A stretch of DNA of 62,897 nucleotides, the filler included, from a bacterium (GTDB lineage Bacteria; UBA9089; CG2-30-40-21; SBAY01): NCBI GenBank assembly GCA_040757115.1. It is 4 parts of 4 records of this genome, joined end to end, with 100 filler letters (N's around TTAATTAATTAA, not from the genome) between each part and the next. Parts side by side here need not be neighbours in the genome. Positions count along the whole stretch, not along the records: positions 15,974 to 31,599 come from JBFLYA010000082.1; positions 31,700 to 47,305 come from JBFLYA010000083.1; 2 more parts are not named here. One strand, 5' to 3'. The notes under the pieces are model-generated. The model made no database searches. It had not been told where the DNA came from and saw only the letters and a program-made list of their open reading frames with translations. Of the stretch, positions 30,815 through 41,504 are shown piece after piece; position 1 is the stretch's first letter, and each line of letters opens with the position of its first letter. The translations under genes and the position numbers were made by a program.

Positions 30815-31411
30815 CTAGTGCTCTGTCGCCAATGATTTGATTAAGATTTTGGTCATTCTTGCCGATAATAATAATATAAACTCTTGAGGCAAGGAGGAAC
30901 CAGAATGAAAAAAAAGTATATAGTTGAATTAACGGACGAAGAACGACAAATGTTGCAGAAACTAATTTCTTCAGGAAAGGGGGCAGCTCGAAAAATAGCC
31001 CACGCTCGAATATTACTAAAGGCTGACAGCAGTGAGGGGAGAGAAGAGATAAAAGATTCTGACATTGCCAAATCTATTGAGGTGGGAACAGCGACTGTGT
31101 TGAGAGTTCGCCAACAGTTTGTAGAGGATGGTTTAGAGGCGGTATTGGAACGGAGGAAGCCGCGGCGTGAATATCAGCGAAAACTTGATGGTGATGATGA
31201 AGCTCACCTGATTGCTTTGGCATGCAGCGAACCACCAGAGGGGCATTGTCGGTGGACATTAAGATTACTTGCAGATAGGATGGTTAAATTAGAGTATATC
31301 GATTCGGTGTCCAAGGACACTGTGCATCGGACATTAAAAAAACGAAATTAAACCCTGGTTAAGCAAGCAATGGTGTATTCCACCTAAGGCTAATGCAGAG
31401 TTTGTTTACAA
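30815..31411 (+). mobile_element. IS630-family element, left end with truncated transposase
   Basis: End CTAGTGCTCTGTCGCCA; HTH ORF 30905-31351 (ARILLKAD, RWTLRLLAD); -1 slip at AAAAAAAC continues KKNEIKPWLSKQWCIPPKANAEFV and then breaks off. Confidence 0.85.
30905..31351 (+). pseudogene. IS630 transposase N-terminal (HTH) part; DDE domain missing
   Basis: Typical IS630 ORF-A motifs; the second frame is truncated after ~20 codons. Confidence 0.8.
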
Positions 31412-31599
31412 CGGAACTTTCCCTCAAAAAGAGCCTATAAAGAAGGGATAACCTTTTAATAATCAAGGGGATAGGCAAATTTTAGACCTTAAAAGTGTGC
31501 ATACGAGTATTATTAAAAAATTTTATTATTTTTTTTAAAAAATGCTTGACAAAATTTAATTAATATGCTATTATTTAATCATTATGTATGTGTCCAGAA

Positions 31600-31699
31600 N
31601 NNNNNNNNNNNNNNNNNNNNNNNNNNNNNNNNNNNNNNNNNNNTTAATTAATTAANNNNNNNNNNNNNNNNNNNNNNNNNNNNNNNNNNNNNNNNNNNN
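31600..31699. other. Artificial contig spacer
   Basis: N44-TTAATTAATTAA-N44. Confidence 0.98.
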
Positions 31700-31982
31700 C
31701 TCCGCTCTCCTGCAATCTCTAATCTCCCGTTTATAGTTTATCCTTGTTTACCTCATCTTGTTACCCAACTTGTGGGTAAGGATTAGACCCCCGCCAGCGG
31801 GGGACAACGGCCAATCAATCACTTGAATGGCGACAGAGCACTAGATTAAAACACCACCAAAATTTGTATAACCTCTACGGCCTTCCCGATTAAGAAATCG
31901 CCATTAAGGATTGCACAGGAGAGTGTGGTCAGGTGAAGATTTTGCCGGGGAAGACCTATTTTGCAGGAAAAGGAGCTAATCT

Positions 31983-32081
31983 ATGAAAGATTTAATTCCA
32001 CAGGAGACAATTGAGCAAAGAATTTTTTTAATAAGAGGACACAAGGTGATGATAGATAGAGATCTTGCTGAATCTTGGTAG
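31983..32081 (+). pseudogene. ORF6N-domain gene remnant
   Basis: MKDLIPQETIEQRIFLIRGHKVMIDRDLAE, cut by the inverted repeat TAGGGTCAAACCTTGATTAT...ATAATCAAGGGTTGACCCTA. Confidence 0.7.
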
Positions 32082-32366
32082 GGTCAAACCTTGATTATGG
32101 AATACAGAATGTTTTAAATTCTATAATCAAGGGTTGACCCTAATTATCCCCTTAAATGGGGTTTATTTCTGCCAGATTGATGTCCATTATGTTAAGGGTA
32201 GCTCGGAGAAAAAGGTACGGAAAATAGCAGTTGTCAGGTAAATTGAAGGAAAATGTCTTTTAATGGCAAATAACTTCATATTTCATTCCTCCAAATGACT
32301 GAGCTATTACAATTAATTCAAAATTTTGTTGACATAAGATAAAACTTTTGGTAAAATATCTACATA

Positions 32367-33521
32367 ATGAGCAAAAAAGAAGGTAAGATCCGAATTCAAG
32401 CAAACCGAGAATGTTGCGAAGCAAAAAATGCCCAAAAAGCAACTTCCTATCAGTCAAGAAAAAAACAACCCAAAATTTTGGAGATTGTCTGCTATTCCCC
32501 TCCAAGAACTGGCTGGAGTGTTCGAGTAGAATATGTTAAGAAGCATCTTTTAGAAAATGGATATGAATGCCAAATATTGAATATCAGCCCTGAAAGTAGA
32601 AGAATTAAAAGTGATGAGTATCTTGATGTTCAAAATGGTTTTGATTATATTTTTAAAGTAGTTAAATATTGTCTCAAAGGATATAAAATCCATATGCATA
32701 TGAATGGACAATCTATCAAAGGTTTTATTCTGACATTAATTAGTGAATTTATTAGTCTTTTATTTCTGAGGAGATGTATTTTAACCTTTCACGGTGGAGC
32801 AACACAATTATATTTCCCCCCAAAAAATTATTTGACAATACAAATATTTTTTGTTATATTTACTCTATCAAAGATAATTATTTGTAATGATGAGTATATT
32901 AAAGAAAAGATTAAAGAATCTGGAATAAAAGGAGATAAAATTAAACCAATCCCAGCCTTTAGTAAGCAATATTTATCATATAAAGAGACAAAACTTTCAG
33001 AAGACTTAGAGATATTTATCAATCAACATAACCCAATATTATCTTCATATATCTTTGAGAGACCTCAATTTTATATACCTGCTACATTAAGAGGTATTAA
33101 GGAGATTATTAAAGATTATCCTCATTTAGGTCTAATATTCGTTGGTCCTGCTAATTATTCACAACAGACTATAAATTTCGTCCAAACACTAAATTTAGAA
33201 AGGAATATATTTTTAGGTAATAATTTGACTCATGATGAATTTTTAACTTTATTAAATCGGTCAAAGATATACCTCAGAACCCCTGACTGTGATGGTATCT
33301 GTTCCTCAGTGCTACAAGCTTTATATCTTAAGATACCGGTAATAGGTTCTGAAAATCCACTTAGACCTCAATGTGTTATTAAATATAAAGTTGGCGATGA
33401 AATCTCATTAGTAGAAAAAATAAGGTATGTTTTAAAAAATTATGATGATGTAAAAAAAAACATACAGTTACCTGAAGTTGATGATACTGTGGTTAATGAG
33501 GTAGAATTATTAATTTCATAA
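32367..33521 (+). CDS. Glycosyltransferase, GT-B/family 4-like (true start uncertain)
   Basis: PPRTGW, LTFHGG, DGICSSVLQALYLKIPVIGS. Confidence 0.8.
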   Translation: MSKKEGKIRIQANRECCEAKNAQKATSYQSRKKQPKILEIVCYSPPRTGWSVRVEYVKKHLLENGYECQILNISPESRRIKSDEYLDVQNGFDYIFKVVKYCLKGYKIHMHMNGQSIKGFILTLISEFISLLFLRRCILTFHGGATQLYFPPKNYLTIQIFFVIFTLSKIIICNDEYIKEKIKESGIKGDKIKPIPAFSKQYLSYKETKLSEDLEIFINQHNPILSSYIFERPQFYIPATLRGIKEIIKDYPHLGLIFVGPANYSQQTINFVQTLNLERNIFLGNNLTHDEFLTLLNRSKIYLRTPDCDGICSSVLQALYLKIPVIGSENPLRPQCVIKYKVGDEISLVEKIRYVLKNYDDVKKNIQLPEVDDTVVNEVELLIS

Positions 33522-33799
33522 TAATTGGTAAGCGTTCGGGATATACATCAAAACTAACTGTTCACCGCAGAGACGCAGAGAGAAAATTAAAAACTATTTA
33601 CCACACGCAGAATTCCATCACGGATTTTCATCAGTGCAATCTTTTGAGAACCGACATATCATGATTGATTAACAAATTTGGTTTTGATGTCCTATGTATT
33701 ACCCTGATGTCCTCAATAATCTTTTCTGTTATCTGATTTATTTCCATGTCTTCTGCGTTCCTTTGCGTCTCTGCGGTAAATTACCATCTGAACAGTTAC

Positions 33800-33960
33800 G
33801 AGAAAATAAATCATACCTGGATTTGGGATGATACTAAAATCAATGTCTTATTAGAAAAAGCTACTCAATCATTAGGAGAACTAAATGCATTTTCGCTCAT
33901 TGTGCCAGATGTAGATGTTTTTATTCAAATGCATATAGTAAAAGAAGCCCAAGCGTCAAG
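33800..33960 (+). pseudogene. Fic family N-terminal fragment
   Basis: INVLLEKATQSLGELNAFSLIVPDVDVFIQMHIVKEAQASS, flanked on both sides by repeat elements. Confidence 0.65.
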
Positions 33961-34141
33961 TGGGGCTTCAGTCTTTGGTCTGTTTTTCAGGGGAAACGCT
34001 CATGCCCCTGCAGGGCACAAATGAGGATGAAAATAGTAGGTAGGAGATAGAAGGTGGGAGGTAAGGAGATAAGCGTGAGGAGTGATGTTTTCTTTACTTT
34101 CTACTCTCTACTTTCTACTTCCTTATTTTCAGGAGAGAATA

Positions 34142-35680
34142 ATGAGGAAAACTATTTTTATATTGTGGTTAATGATGGTTACTTCAATTGCCTCAGCTGA
34201 ATTATCCATAACCGCTAAGGTAGGCTTTGAGGGGAAATATAGAGATTTATGGCAATTTATACCTATTCTGATTGAAGTAGATAATTCTTCTTCTAAGACT
34301 ATCAAAGGTGAATTGGTCCTTTCATTTGAAATAGAGAGATTATCTGGCGAGATAGAGAGAATAAACACTCCTTACACCTTACAGATTCATATCCCGGCAA
34401 AAACAAAATCAAATTATTGGTTTTATCTACCATTTATGAACTGCTACCAAAAACCAGAGATAAATCTATTGGTTAATAACAAAATAGTCGCCTCTACTTG
34501 TTTATCTGCTACTCCCTTATGGGATCAAGAAGTTGTGTTAGGTATAGTCCAGCAAGGGGTTATATCTAATTGTGGAATTCAAAAAATTGGAAATAGAGAA
34601 TATATCTTTCTTTATCCTCTACCTTCTACTTTGCCTGATGAATGGATAGGATACAGCAATATAGAGACGATTTTAGTTGATAGTCCATCTCTAAATTTAC
34701 TCACCTCTAAACAAAGAAAAGCACTCAAGATGTGGTCAGCACTGGGTGGTAAATTAGTCAATATAGAAGGAATGAGTAAAGATAAAATAGACGAATGGCT
34801 AAAGGAAGAATTAAATGAATTAAATCTATTTTTAAGTGGGATTATAGATATAGTTAGAATTCAAACATTCCTATCTAAAATCCCACAAATGGAGGTTCCT
34901 TCACCAGGAATTATCTTTCTACTCTTATTCATCTACCTTTTACTCATAGGTCCTATAAATTATATCATCTTGAAGAAAAAGAAAAAATCTGAAATTTCCT
35001 GGATTACTATTCCTATCTTAGTGATTTTATTTAGTCTTACCTTTTATATTTATGCTCAGAAAATCAAGGGAAAAAGTGCCATGCTAAATGAATTATCTAT
35101 CCTTCATATCCCCGCAGGTAAAAATTGGGGTATTTTGAATGCCTCTTATGGGTTATTTTCACCCGAAAAAATAAGTTATAACCTTAGATTTAACACAAGA
35201 AGTTTTATCCGTTTCCCTCAATATAACTTTTATGAAGGGGTAGGGTATAAAATTATTCAGACTAATAATGAAACCTATCTACAAAACTTGTTAGTTGAAA
35301 AATGGGCGATGAAAACATTTATTACTCAATCCATAATTCATCTTGACGGAACGATTATCTGCCAAAAAGATAATCAACAAGTTTATGTAGTTAATACCTC
35401 ACATTACCAGTTGTTAGATAGTGCTATCTTAATTAATGGTGTCTATCTGTCTTTGGGGAATATTAATTGCCAAACTAAACAAACCTGGGAAATTGACAAA
35501 TTGAAGGAAGAAACACAATATCGGGTTCCGGAATTCATTACCCCCCTGCGTTATATGAAAAAGAATTTCTTCTTAGCATGGCTTGAAAAACCAATCATTG
35601 AACCTGAATTATCTATCCGCGGATGTGAAAGAAAATCTACCATTTTGGTAGTTATTCCAATAACAGCAAAGGAGCAGTAG
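34142..35680 (+). CDS. Exported membrane-anchored protein associated with the ABC exporter
   Basis: Signal peptide, LPDEWIGY, two internal TMs with YLLLIGPINY...WITIP; coupled to the ABC ATPase. Confidence 0.8.
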   Translation: MRKTIFILWLMMVTSIASAELSITAKVGFEGKYRDLWQFIPILIEVDNSSSKTIKGELVLSFEIERLSGEIERINTPYTLQIHIPAKTKSNYWFYLPFMNCYQKPEINLLVNNKIVASTCLSATPLWDQEVVLGIVQQGVISNCGIQKIGNREYIFLYPLPSTLPDEWIGYSNIETILVDSPSLNLLTSKQRKALKMWSALGGKLVNIEGMSKDKIDEWLKEELNELNLFLSGIIDIVRIQTFLSKIPQMEVPSPGIIFLLLFIYLLLIGPINYIILKKKKKSEISWITIPILVILFSLTFYIYAQKIKGKSAMLNELSILHIPAGKNWGILNASYGLFSPEKISYNLRFNTRSFIRFPQYNFYEGVGYKIIQTNNETYLQNLLVEKWAMKTFITQSIIHLDGTIICQKDNQQVYVVNTSHYQLLDSAILINGVYLSLGNINCQTKQTWEIDKLKEETQYRVPEFITPLRYMKKNFFLAWLEKPIIEPELSIRGCERKSTILVVIPITAKEQ

Positions 35681-35682
35681 TA

Positions 35683-36612
35683 ATGATAGAAATTGATGGT
35701 CTGCGTAAGGAATATAATAATAAAATAGTGGCCGTAGCAGGACTTCATCTTCATTTGGAACAAGGGGATATATATGGACTCATTGGTCCAAATGGAGCAG
35801 GCAAGACAACGACTATTAATATGCTGGCAGGTTTACTCCAACCTACTTCAGGAACGGCAAAAATAGCCGATTATGATTTGATTTCACAAACAGACAAAAT
35901 AAAACGGATAATTGGTTATATGCCTGATTTCTTTGGAATGTATGATGAACTTAAGGTCTGGGAGTACTTAGATTTCTTTGCTATGAATTATTCACTACCT
36001 AACCCCATAAGGCAACAGGTGGTTGAAGATACTTTACAAATGCTCCATCTTGATTTTAAAAGAGATGAATATGTGGGAACGCTTTCAAGAGGTATGAAAC
36101 AAAAACTTTGTCTGGGAAGGGCATTGATAAATGACCCCTTGGTTTTACTTTTAGACGAACCGATGTCTGGATTAGACCCTATAGCCAGAATTGAAGTTAA
36201 AGAATTGCTCCTAAAATTAAAAGGATTGAACAAAATTATCTTCATCTCTTCCCATATCTTATCTGAGCTATCACAACTATGCAATAAGATTGGAATTATT
36301 GAAAAAGGAATATTACTTGCCAGTGGAGGAGTTGATGTAATTATAAAACAAATCTCTACAAAGAAAAACTTTAGACTTAAAGTTAGCTCGGATAGAGATG
36401 AGGCAATTAAAGCCATAATGGCCATGGAAAAAGTAAGCGGCGTTATTCCAGCAGAAGAAAATGAAATGATAATAGAATGCGAAGAGGATTTAGACCTGAC
36501 ACAACTTCTTGAGAAATGTATTGGACAGCATATTAAAATAATTGCCTTTTATGAAGAAAAAAGTAGTCTCGAGGATGTTTTTAAACAAATATCAACTGGC
36601 ACAACGGCTTAA
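35683..36612 (+). CDS. ABC-2 type transporter ATP-binding protein
   Basis: GPNGAGKTT, LSRGMKQK, LLLDEP, SSH. Confidence 0.95.
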   Translation: MIEIDGLRKEYNNKIVAVAGLHLHLEQGDIYGLIGPNGAGKTTTINMLAGLLQPTSGTAKIADYDLISQTDKIKRIIGYMPDFFGMYDELKVWEYLDFFAMNYSLPNPIRQQVVEDTLQMLHLDFKRDEYVGTLSRGMKQKLCLGRALINDPLVLLLDEPMSGLDPIARIEVKELLLKLKGLNKIIFISSHILSELSQLCNKIGIIEKGILLASGGVDVIIKQISTKKNFRLKVSSDRDEAIKAIMAMEKVSGVIPAEENEMIIECEEDLDLTQLLEKCIGQHIKIIAFYEEKSSLEDVFKQISTGTTA

Positions 36613-36960
36613 TAAAGGAGAGAGTAGAAAGTAGAGAGTAGAAAAACGCTTATGTCCACTTGAAGTGAACACAAATGAAGACCATATTGGAGTGACAGCA
36701 CTTGTGCTGTCATGACGCCACAAGTGGCGTTAATCCAACTGATAGCGATGGCACACTGTCAATGACTCTGCGTTCTCTGCGTCTCTGCGGTGAAAAAAAT
36801 CAAAAATTTATTGACATAAGTTAAAATTTTTCGTAAAATATTCCCATAATGAGCAAAAGTGAAGATAACATCCGAATTCGAGCGAAGTAAGAATGTTGCG
36901 AAGCAAAAAATACCCCAAAAAGCATCTATGTAAAGAAAAGTCAAGGAGGTGTAAAACAAG

Positions 36961-37341
36961 ATGGGTATAGTATATACCACAATAAAGGTTAGAAATCCAT
37001 TAAAGGATAAGGAATTCATAGAACTCGATGCCAAGGTGGATACAGGAGCGACATTGCTTGTCTTACCAGAGGATGTGGTCAAAGAATTCGAATTTCCATT
37101 TATCAGAAGGCAGATAGTAAAATATGCCAATGAGGATACCGCTGAAAGGGATATAGTCTGGAGCGTGGAAATGGAGCTATGTGGGAGAAAAGGAATATTT
37201 GAAGCCATTGTAGAGCCTAAAAAGAAATATCCTCTTATTGGTGCAGTTATAATGGAATCTCTTGACCTTATAGTAGAACCGAGGAGTCTGGGAATTTATC
37301 CTAATCCAAGATCAAATCTACCCATGGCAGAAATAGAATAA
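36961..37341 (+). CDS. Clan AA (retropepsin-like) aspartic protease
   Basis: KVDTGAT catalytic motif, PLIGAVIMESL; SD AGGAGG. Confidence 0.88.
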   Translation: MGIVYTTIKVRNPLKDKEFIELDAKVDTGATLLVLPEDVVKEFEFPFIRRQIVKYANEDTAERDIVWSVEMELCGRKGIFEAIVEPKKKYPLIGAVIMESLDLIVEPRSLGIYPNPRSNLPMAEIE

Positions 37342-37590
37342 AAATTTCCACCTGTGCAGGTAACTTTAGACTTGTATCCGTAAAGGAGAATGAAAATTAC
37401 AATGCCACAAGTAGCGTCAATATCGGAGTAACAGCGTTTGCGCTGTCAATGACACCACAAGTAGCGTCAATCCCTTGCGGCGCACAAAGGAGAATGAAAA
37501 TAGTAGAGAATAGAGAGAGAAGAAGTTTATTTTCCTTACTCTCTACTTTCTACTCTCTACTCTCTACTTCCTATTTTCAGGAGAACAAAG

Positions 37591-39147
37591 ATGGAATGGT
37601 TATTTAGAAATCCGGTTTTTATTAAAGAAATGCGTTCAAAGATGCGGCAACGCAGGGCATATACCGTCTTGACCTTTTATCTGATTATCCTCGGATTTGT
37701 ATTTTATTTATGTTACGGTATGAATGTCTTATCTGAGGGGCACATTTATTATGTTAAATCAGATTCTTATGCCGGAAAATACATCTTTATCGTTATAGCC
37801 ATTATGCAATTACTTCTGATGATGAGCACAGCACTGACATCCTCAATTACAAGTATTACTCTGGAAAAGGAAGAACGAACTTATGACCTTTTAAGAGTTA
37901 CTCCGATTACTCCATTTAGTATCGTGATGGGTAAACTTTTATTTTCCTTAGCCTACATCTTTCTTCTCTTTGTTATCTCTATTCCAATAGCATTTCTGAT
38001 TCCTTATCTAAGTGGGTTGTCATTCATTCAGGTATTAAAGGTCTATCTGGTAATTATGGCTACAGCTGTAACTTTAAGTCTATGTGGGATATATTGTTCA
38101 ACTATATTTTCTAAGAGTTCTCATGCAACTGGTGTATTTTATGGGATATTGTTTATCTTCGTTTTACTCCCAAGTTTATTTTTATTTGGTGTGGGATATT
38201 TCGAAGTGCTAAACCCTGATAAACCACTCTGGGCAGGAATTACTGCCAATCCTTTCTGGACAATAAGTGGAATATTAATAGGAAATGATACGACAAGGAT
38301 ATATCAATTTAATCTACCTATTTCGCTTTTGTATTTTATAACAAATCTTCTGCTTTCTTTCTTTATTGGTTCATTGGCCATAAATAATTTAAGGGAAAGG
38401 TCAAAAAGAAGTACTGTCTGGATAAGGGTATCATTTCTCATTCTTTTCCTATTCATCACCTTTATTAATTTAGGCAGTATAAATTTTCGACCAAAGTTTT
38501 TCTATGATTTTAGTACTTTTATCTCTCTTCAAATTATGTTATTTATACTTATTGGGTGGATATTTTGTTTCGGAGATATTAGTCAGGGAGAACTTAAGTT
38601 CTCCTCCTTATTCAAGATAAAAAGGATATTTTACAACCAGCCATCTACCAGCCTTCTTTACCTTACGCTCCTGGTTATAACATCTTCTGGTGTCATCATT
38701 TCTTGTGCTTACTCAGCAAAGATATTCCCAAAGTGGCATTTATTATGTTTGATTTCACTGGGCATCCTGATGATAACACTTGCCTGGGGTTCCCTGGGAT
38801 TATTATTAAATTCGCTCTTTAAGAGTCGCCTGGCATCAAGAGGAATATTTGTCTTTATATTCATCATAGTTACTTTAGGAATAATCTTGCCAGGTATGCC
38901 TCATTATATCTCGGATAAAATGGTTGCTCAAGAGACAACACATTATACATTAGTAGATATGGGGAAAATGGAGGGCATAGGTAAGATAATGATTCATTTA
39001 CATCCGCTATTTTCAGTAAGAGGTTTGATAGGAGACGAATTCTCATTCGTTAATCTACCTGCTATGACCTTCTTTTGGTCTTCTATGTTTTTTTATACCA
39101 TATTTTTCTTGTTAAATATGCTGTTAAAAAGGTTATTCAAAAGATAA
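37591..39147 (+). CDS. ABC-2 type transporter permease
   Basis: NPVFIKEMR, ITLEKEERTYDLLRVTP, IVMGKL; multiple TMs. Confidence 0.9.
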   Translation: MEWLFRNPVFIKEMRSKMRQRRAYTVLTFYLIILGFVFYLCYGMNVLSEGHIYYVKSDSYAGKYIFIVIAIMQLLLMMSTALTSSITSITLEKEERTYDLLRVTPITPFSIVMGKLLFSLAYIFLLFVISIPIAFLIPYLSGLSFIQVLKVYLVIMATAVTLSLCGIYCSTIFSKSSHATGVFYGILFIFVLLPSLFLFGVGYFEVLNPDKPLWAGITANPFWTISGILIGNDTTRIYQFNLPISLLYFITNLLLSFFIGSLAINNLRERSKRSTVWIRVSFLILFLFITFINLGSINFRPKFFYDFSTFISLQIMLFILIGWIFCFGDISQGELKFSSLFKIKRIFYNQPSTSLLYLTLLVITSSGVIISCAYSAKIFPKWHLLCLISLGILMITLAWGSLGLLLNSLFKSRLASRGIFVFIFIIVTLGIILPGMPHYISDKMVAQETTHYTLVDMGKMEGIGKIMIHLHPLFSVRGLIGDEFSFVNLPAMTFFWSSMFFYTIFFLLNMLLKRLFKR

Positions 39148-39196
39148 TCTTTGGCGTAGCGTAAATTTGAGACGTGCGAGTAGGTTTAAGATTATT

Positions 39197-39617
39197 GTAA
39201 CTATTCATCACGAAGGGCACAGAGAGCACGAAGTGAAATTTGATGAATTATCGAATTCATGAAGCTCAAATATTGACATATATGGTAATACGTCAGTTAT
39301 TTGGGGAAATGAACATTAACCTGCGGAGGACAGAGCAATGAAAATAGTAGGCAAGTAGGTAGTAGGTAAGTAGGAAAGGGATAAAGGATGTGCACAGTAT
39401 TCCTCTTCTGGGGGCAATGTCTCCCCCTTTCCTACTCTCCTACTTCCTACTTTCAGGAGAATCCCCCATTTCACTGACCCATTACCATATATAAAATTGG
39501 CAAATATCAAAGTTGGTCTATTGATAAATTTCAATGTGGAAAGATTGAAAAAAGGCATAAAGAGATTTGTTCTGTAACATCTCCCTGCCCTTCGTGCTCT
39601 TCGTGGTGAATAGTTAC
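39197..39617 (+). mobile_element. GTAAC-TIR element carrying a GxxExxY gene remnant, with a nested element at 39285-39485
   Basis: GTAACTATTCA...TGAATAGTTAC ends; peptide pieces MKFDELSN / IHEAQILTYM / KLANIKVGLLINFNVERLKKGIKRFVL; nested insert flanked by CATATATG/CATATATA. Confidence 0.75.
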
Positions 39618-39904
39618 AAACTTAAAACTAAAAGCGTAAAACCAAACACCGTTGATAGTTGATAGTTGATAGTTTATAGTAGCTAGTTGATAGTTTATAG
39701 TTGATAGTTGATAGTTTATAGTAGATAGTTGAAGGACTATAGACTATAAACTATAAACTATAAACGAGTTTTGCATTATGCTCTTTGGCGGAAATTGATA
39801 AAAATAGAGGTTTTAAATACCCGCTTAAAAACTACAGTTTCCTGGTTTTGCAGAACCCTAATCCGTGCCACTCAGTGACTGAACAGTTACAAAGCAAAAC
39901 AACC

Positions 39905-40435
39905 TTAGTCATCATTACTCCACGCCTTTATGCTTTTATCAATAGTTAATTGTAAAACTCCTTGATTTTTTAAGATATACTCAATGATTTCTCTAACCGC
40001 TCCTCTTCCACCATTTTTATTGGCAACATAGCTCACTTCTGATTTAATATATTCTGGTGCATCATTAACGGTTGCTGAGAACCCAACTTTTCTGAATAAG
40101 GAAATGTCGATTATATCATCTCCAATGTAAGCAATATTTTTATAGTCTAATTTTTCTTTTTTCAGGATTTCTTCAACTGCTTCTAACTTATTGATTTTTT
40201 CCTGGATGACATAATCCATCTTTAGCTCTTTCCCTCTTTTTTCAACTGCTTTGCTTGTTCTACCTGTAATTACGCCTACTTTTAATCCTGCTTTTTTAGC
40301 TAAAGTTATGCCCATTCCATCTTTGATGTCAAAAAATTTTAACTCTTCGTTTTCCCCAAGTATTATTCGTCCATCGGTTAAAACACCATCGACATCCATA
40401 AGTATTAATTTTATATCTTTGGTTTTTTCTTCCAT
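39905..40435 (-). CDS. kdsC: 3-deoxy-D-manno-octulosonate 8-phosphate phosphatase (HAD family)
   Basis: MDVDGVLTDG, FDIKDGMG, ITGR, YIGDD..D, GGRGAVRE. Confidence 0.92.
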   Translation of the reverse strand: MEEKTKDIKLILMDVDGVLTDGRIILGENEELKFFDIKDGMGITLAKKAGLKVGVITGRTSKAVEKRGKELKMDYVIQEKINKLEAVEEILKKEKLDYKNIAYIGDDIIDISLFRKVGFSATVNDAPEYIKSEVSYVANKNGGRGAVREIIEYILKNQGVLQLTIDKSIKAWSNDD

Positions 40436-40446
40436 CTAATTATCCT

Positions 40447-41475
40447 TTAAGTATTTAATCCTTTGTATTTAAGGATGTCATGGATGTGAATTATTCCAAA
40501 TGGTTCCTGATTTTCTGTAACTGTAATTAATTGAGTAATACTCGATTTTTCCATCATAGATAAAGCCTCATGAACAAAGGCATCTTTTGATATTGTTTTT
40601 GGTTCTCTGGTCATACATTCTCCTGCACGATAATCATAGAGATTTGGAAATTTTTGAATTGCTCGGCGTAGGTCACCATCAGTAATACATCCTATCAATT
40701 TTCCTTCCTTGTCTATAACCAGAACAATACCGAGTTTTTTCTTTGTCATTTCAACGATTGCATCTTTCATATAAGTTTCTTCAGTCACAACGGGTAAATC
40801 TTCTCCTAAATGGAGTAAATCTCTGACATACCGGGTTAACATAATATCTTCTTCGAATTTGTCAATACCGGATTTAGTCAAGGGGTGTTGAAACATTTGC
40901 TCTATGGCAAAAGGCGGTATAGTAATGCAATCAGCCCCAATTAAAAACGCCTGACGGACATGTTCTGGTGTTCGGACACTTGAAACCATTACCTTTGATT
41001 TTATTTCTGGGTATTTCTTAAAACCAGTAATTATCTCCTCAATCACCTTTAAACCATCGTAACCAATATCATATATTCTTCCGACAAGAGGACAAACATA
41101 TGTCGCTCCAGCTAATGCCGCCAGGATTGCCTGATTTAATGAAAAGAGTAAGTGAACATTTGTTTTAATTCCTTTTTCTGATAGGTATTCAACTGCTTTT
41201 ATACTCTCATGATGCAGAGGAATTTTTGAAATCACATTGGGCCCCATTTCCATATTAGCCATAGCACTTTCTATAATTTCCTCAGCCGTGTTTCCCATCG
41301 CTTCAATATGAATCTCACCAGGAATTATCTGAGAGATTTTTTTTATCTCACCTGGTATATCCGTTATTCCTTCTCTTCTGAAAAAAGTAGGTGTTGTCGT
41401 TACGCCCGAGAAAATCTTCATTTTAGAATATTTCTCAATGGCATTAATATTTGCTGAATCAATATATAGTTTCAT
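40447..41475 (-). CDS. Transaldolase/FSA-family domain fused to a tandem CBS pair
   Basis: LYIDSA, GVTTTPT, ISKIP (Schiff-base Lys), AALAGATYVCPLVGR, GADCITIP; C-terminal LPVV...GCITDGDLRR...MTREPKTI...GIIHIHDIL as in KdsD. Confidence 0.9.
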   Translation of the reverse strand: MKLYIDSANINAIEKYSKMKIFSGVTTTPTFFRREGITDIPGEIKKISQIIPGEIHIEAMGNTAEEIIESAMANMEMGPNVISKIPLHHESIKAVEYLSEKGIKTNVHLLFSLNQAILAALAGATYVCPLVGRIYDIGYDGLKVIEEIITGFKKYPEIKSKVMVSSVRTPEHVRQAFLIGADCITIPPFAIEQMFQHPLTKSGIDKFEEDIMLTRYVRDLLHLGEDLPVVTEETYMKDAIVEMTKKKLGIVLVIDKEGKLIGCITDGDLRRAIQKFPNLYDYRAGECMTREPKTISKDAFVHEALSMMEKSSITQLITVTENQEPFGIIHIHDILKYKGLNT

Positions 41476-41504
41476 TTTATCTTCCTCCATTTATATTTGG
41501 TAAT

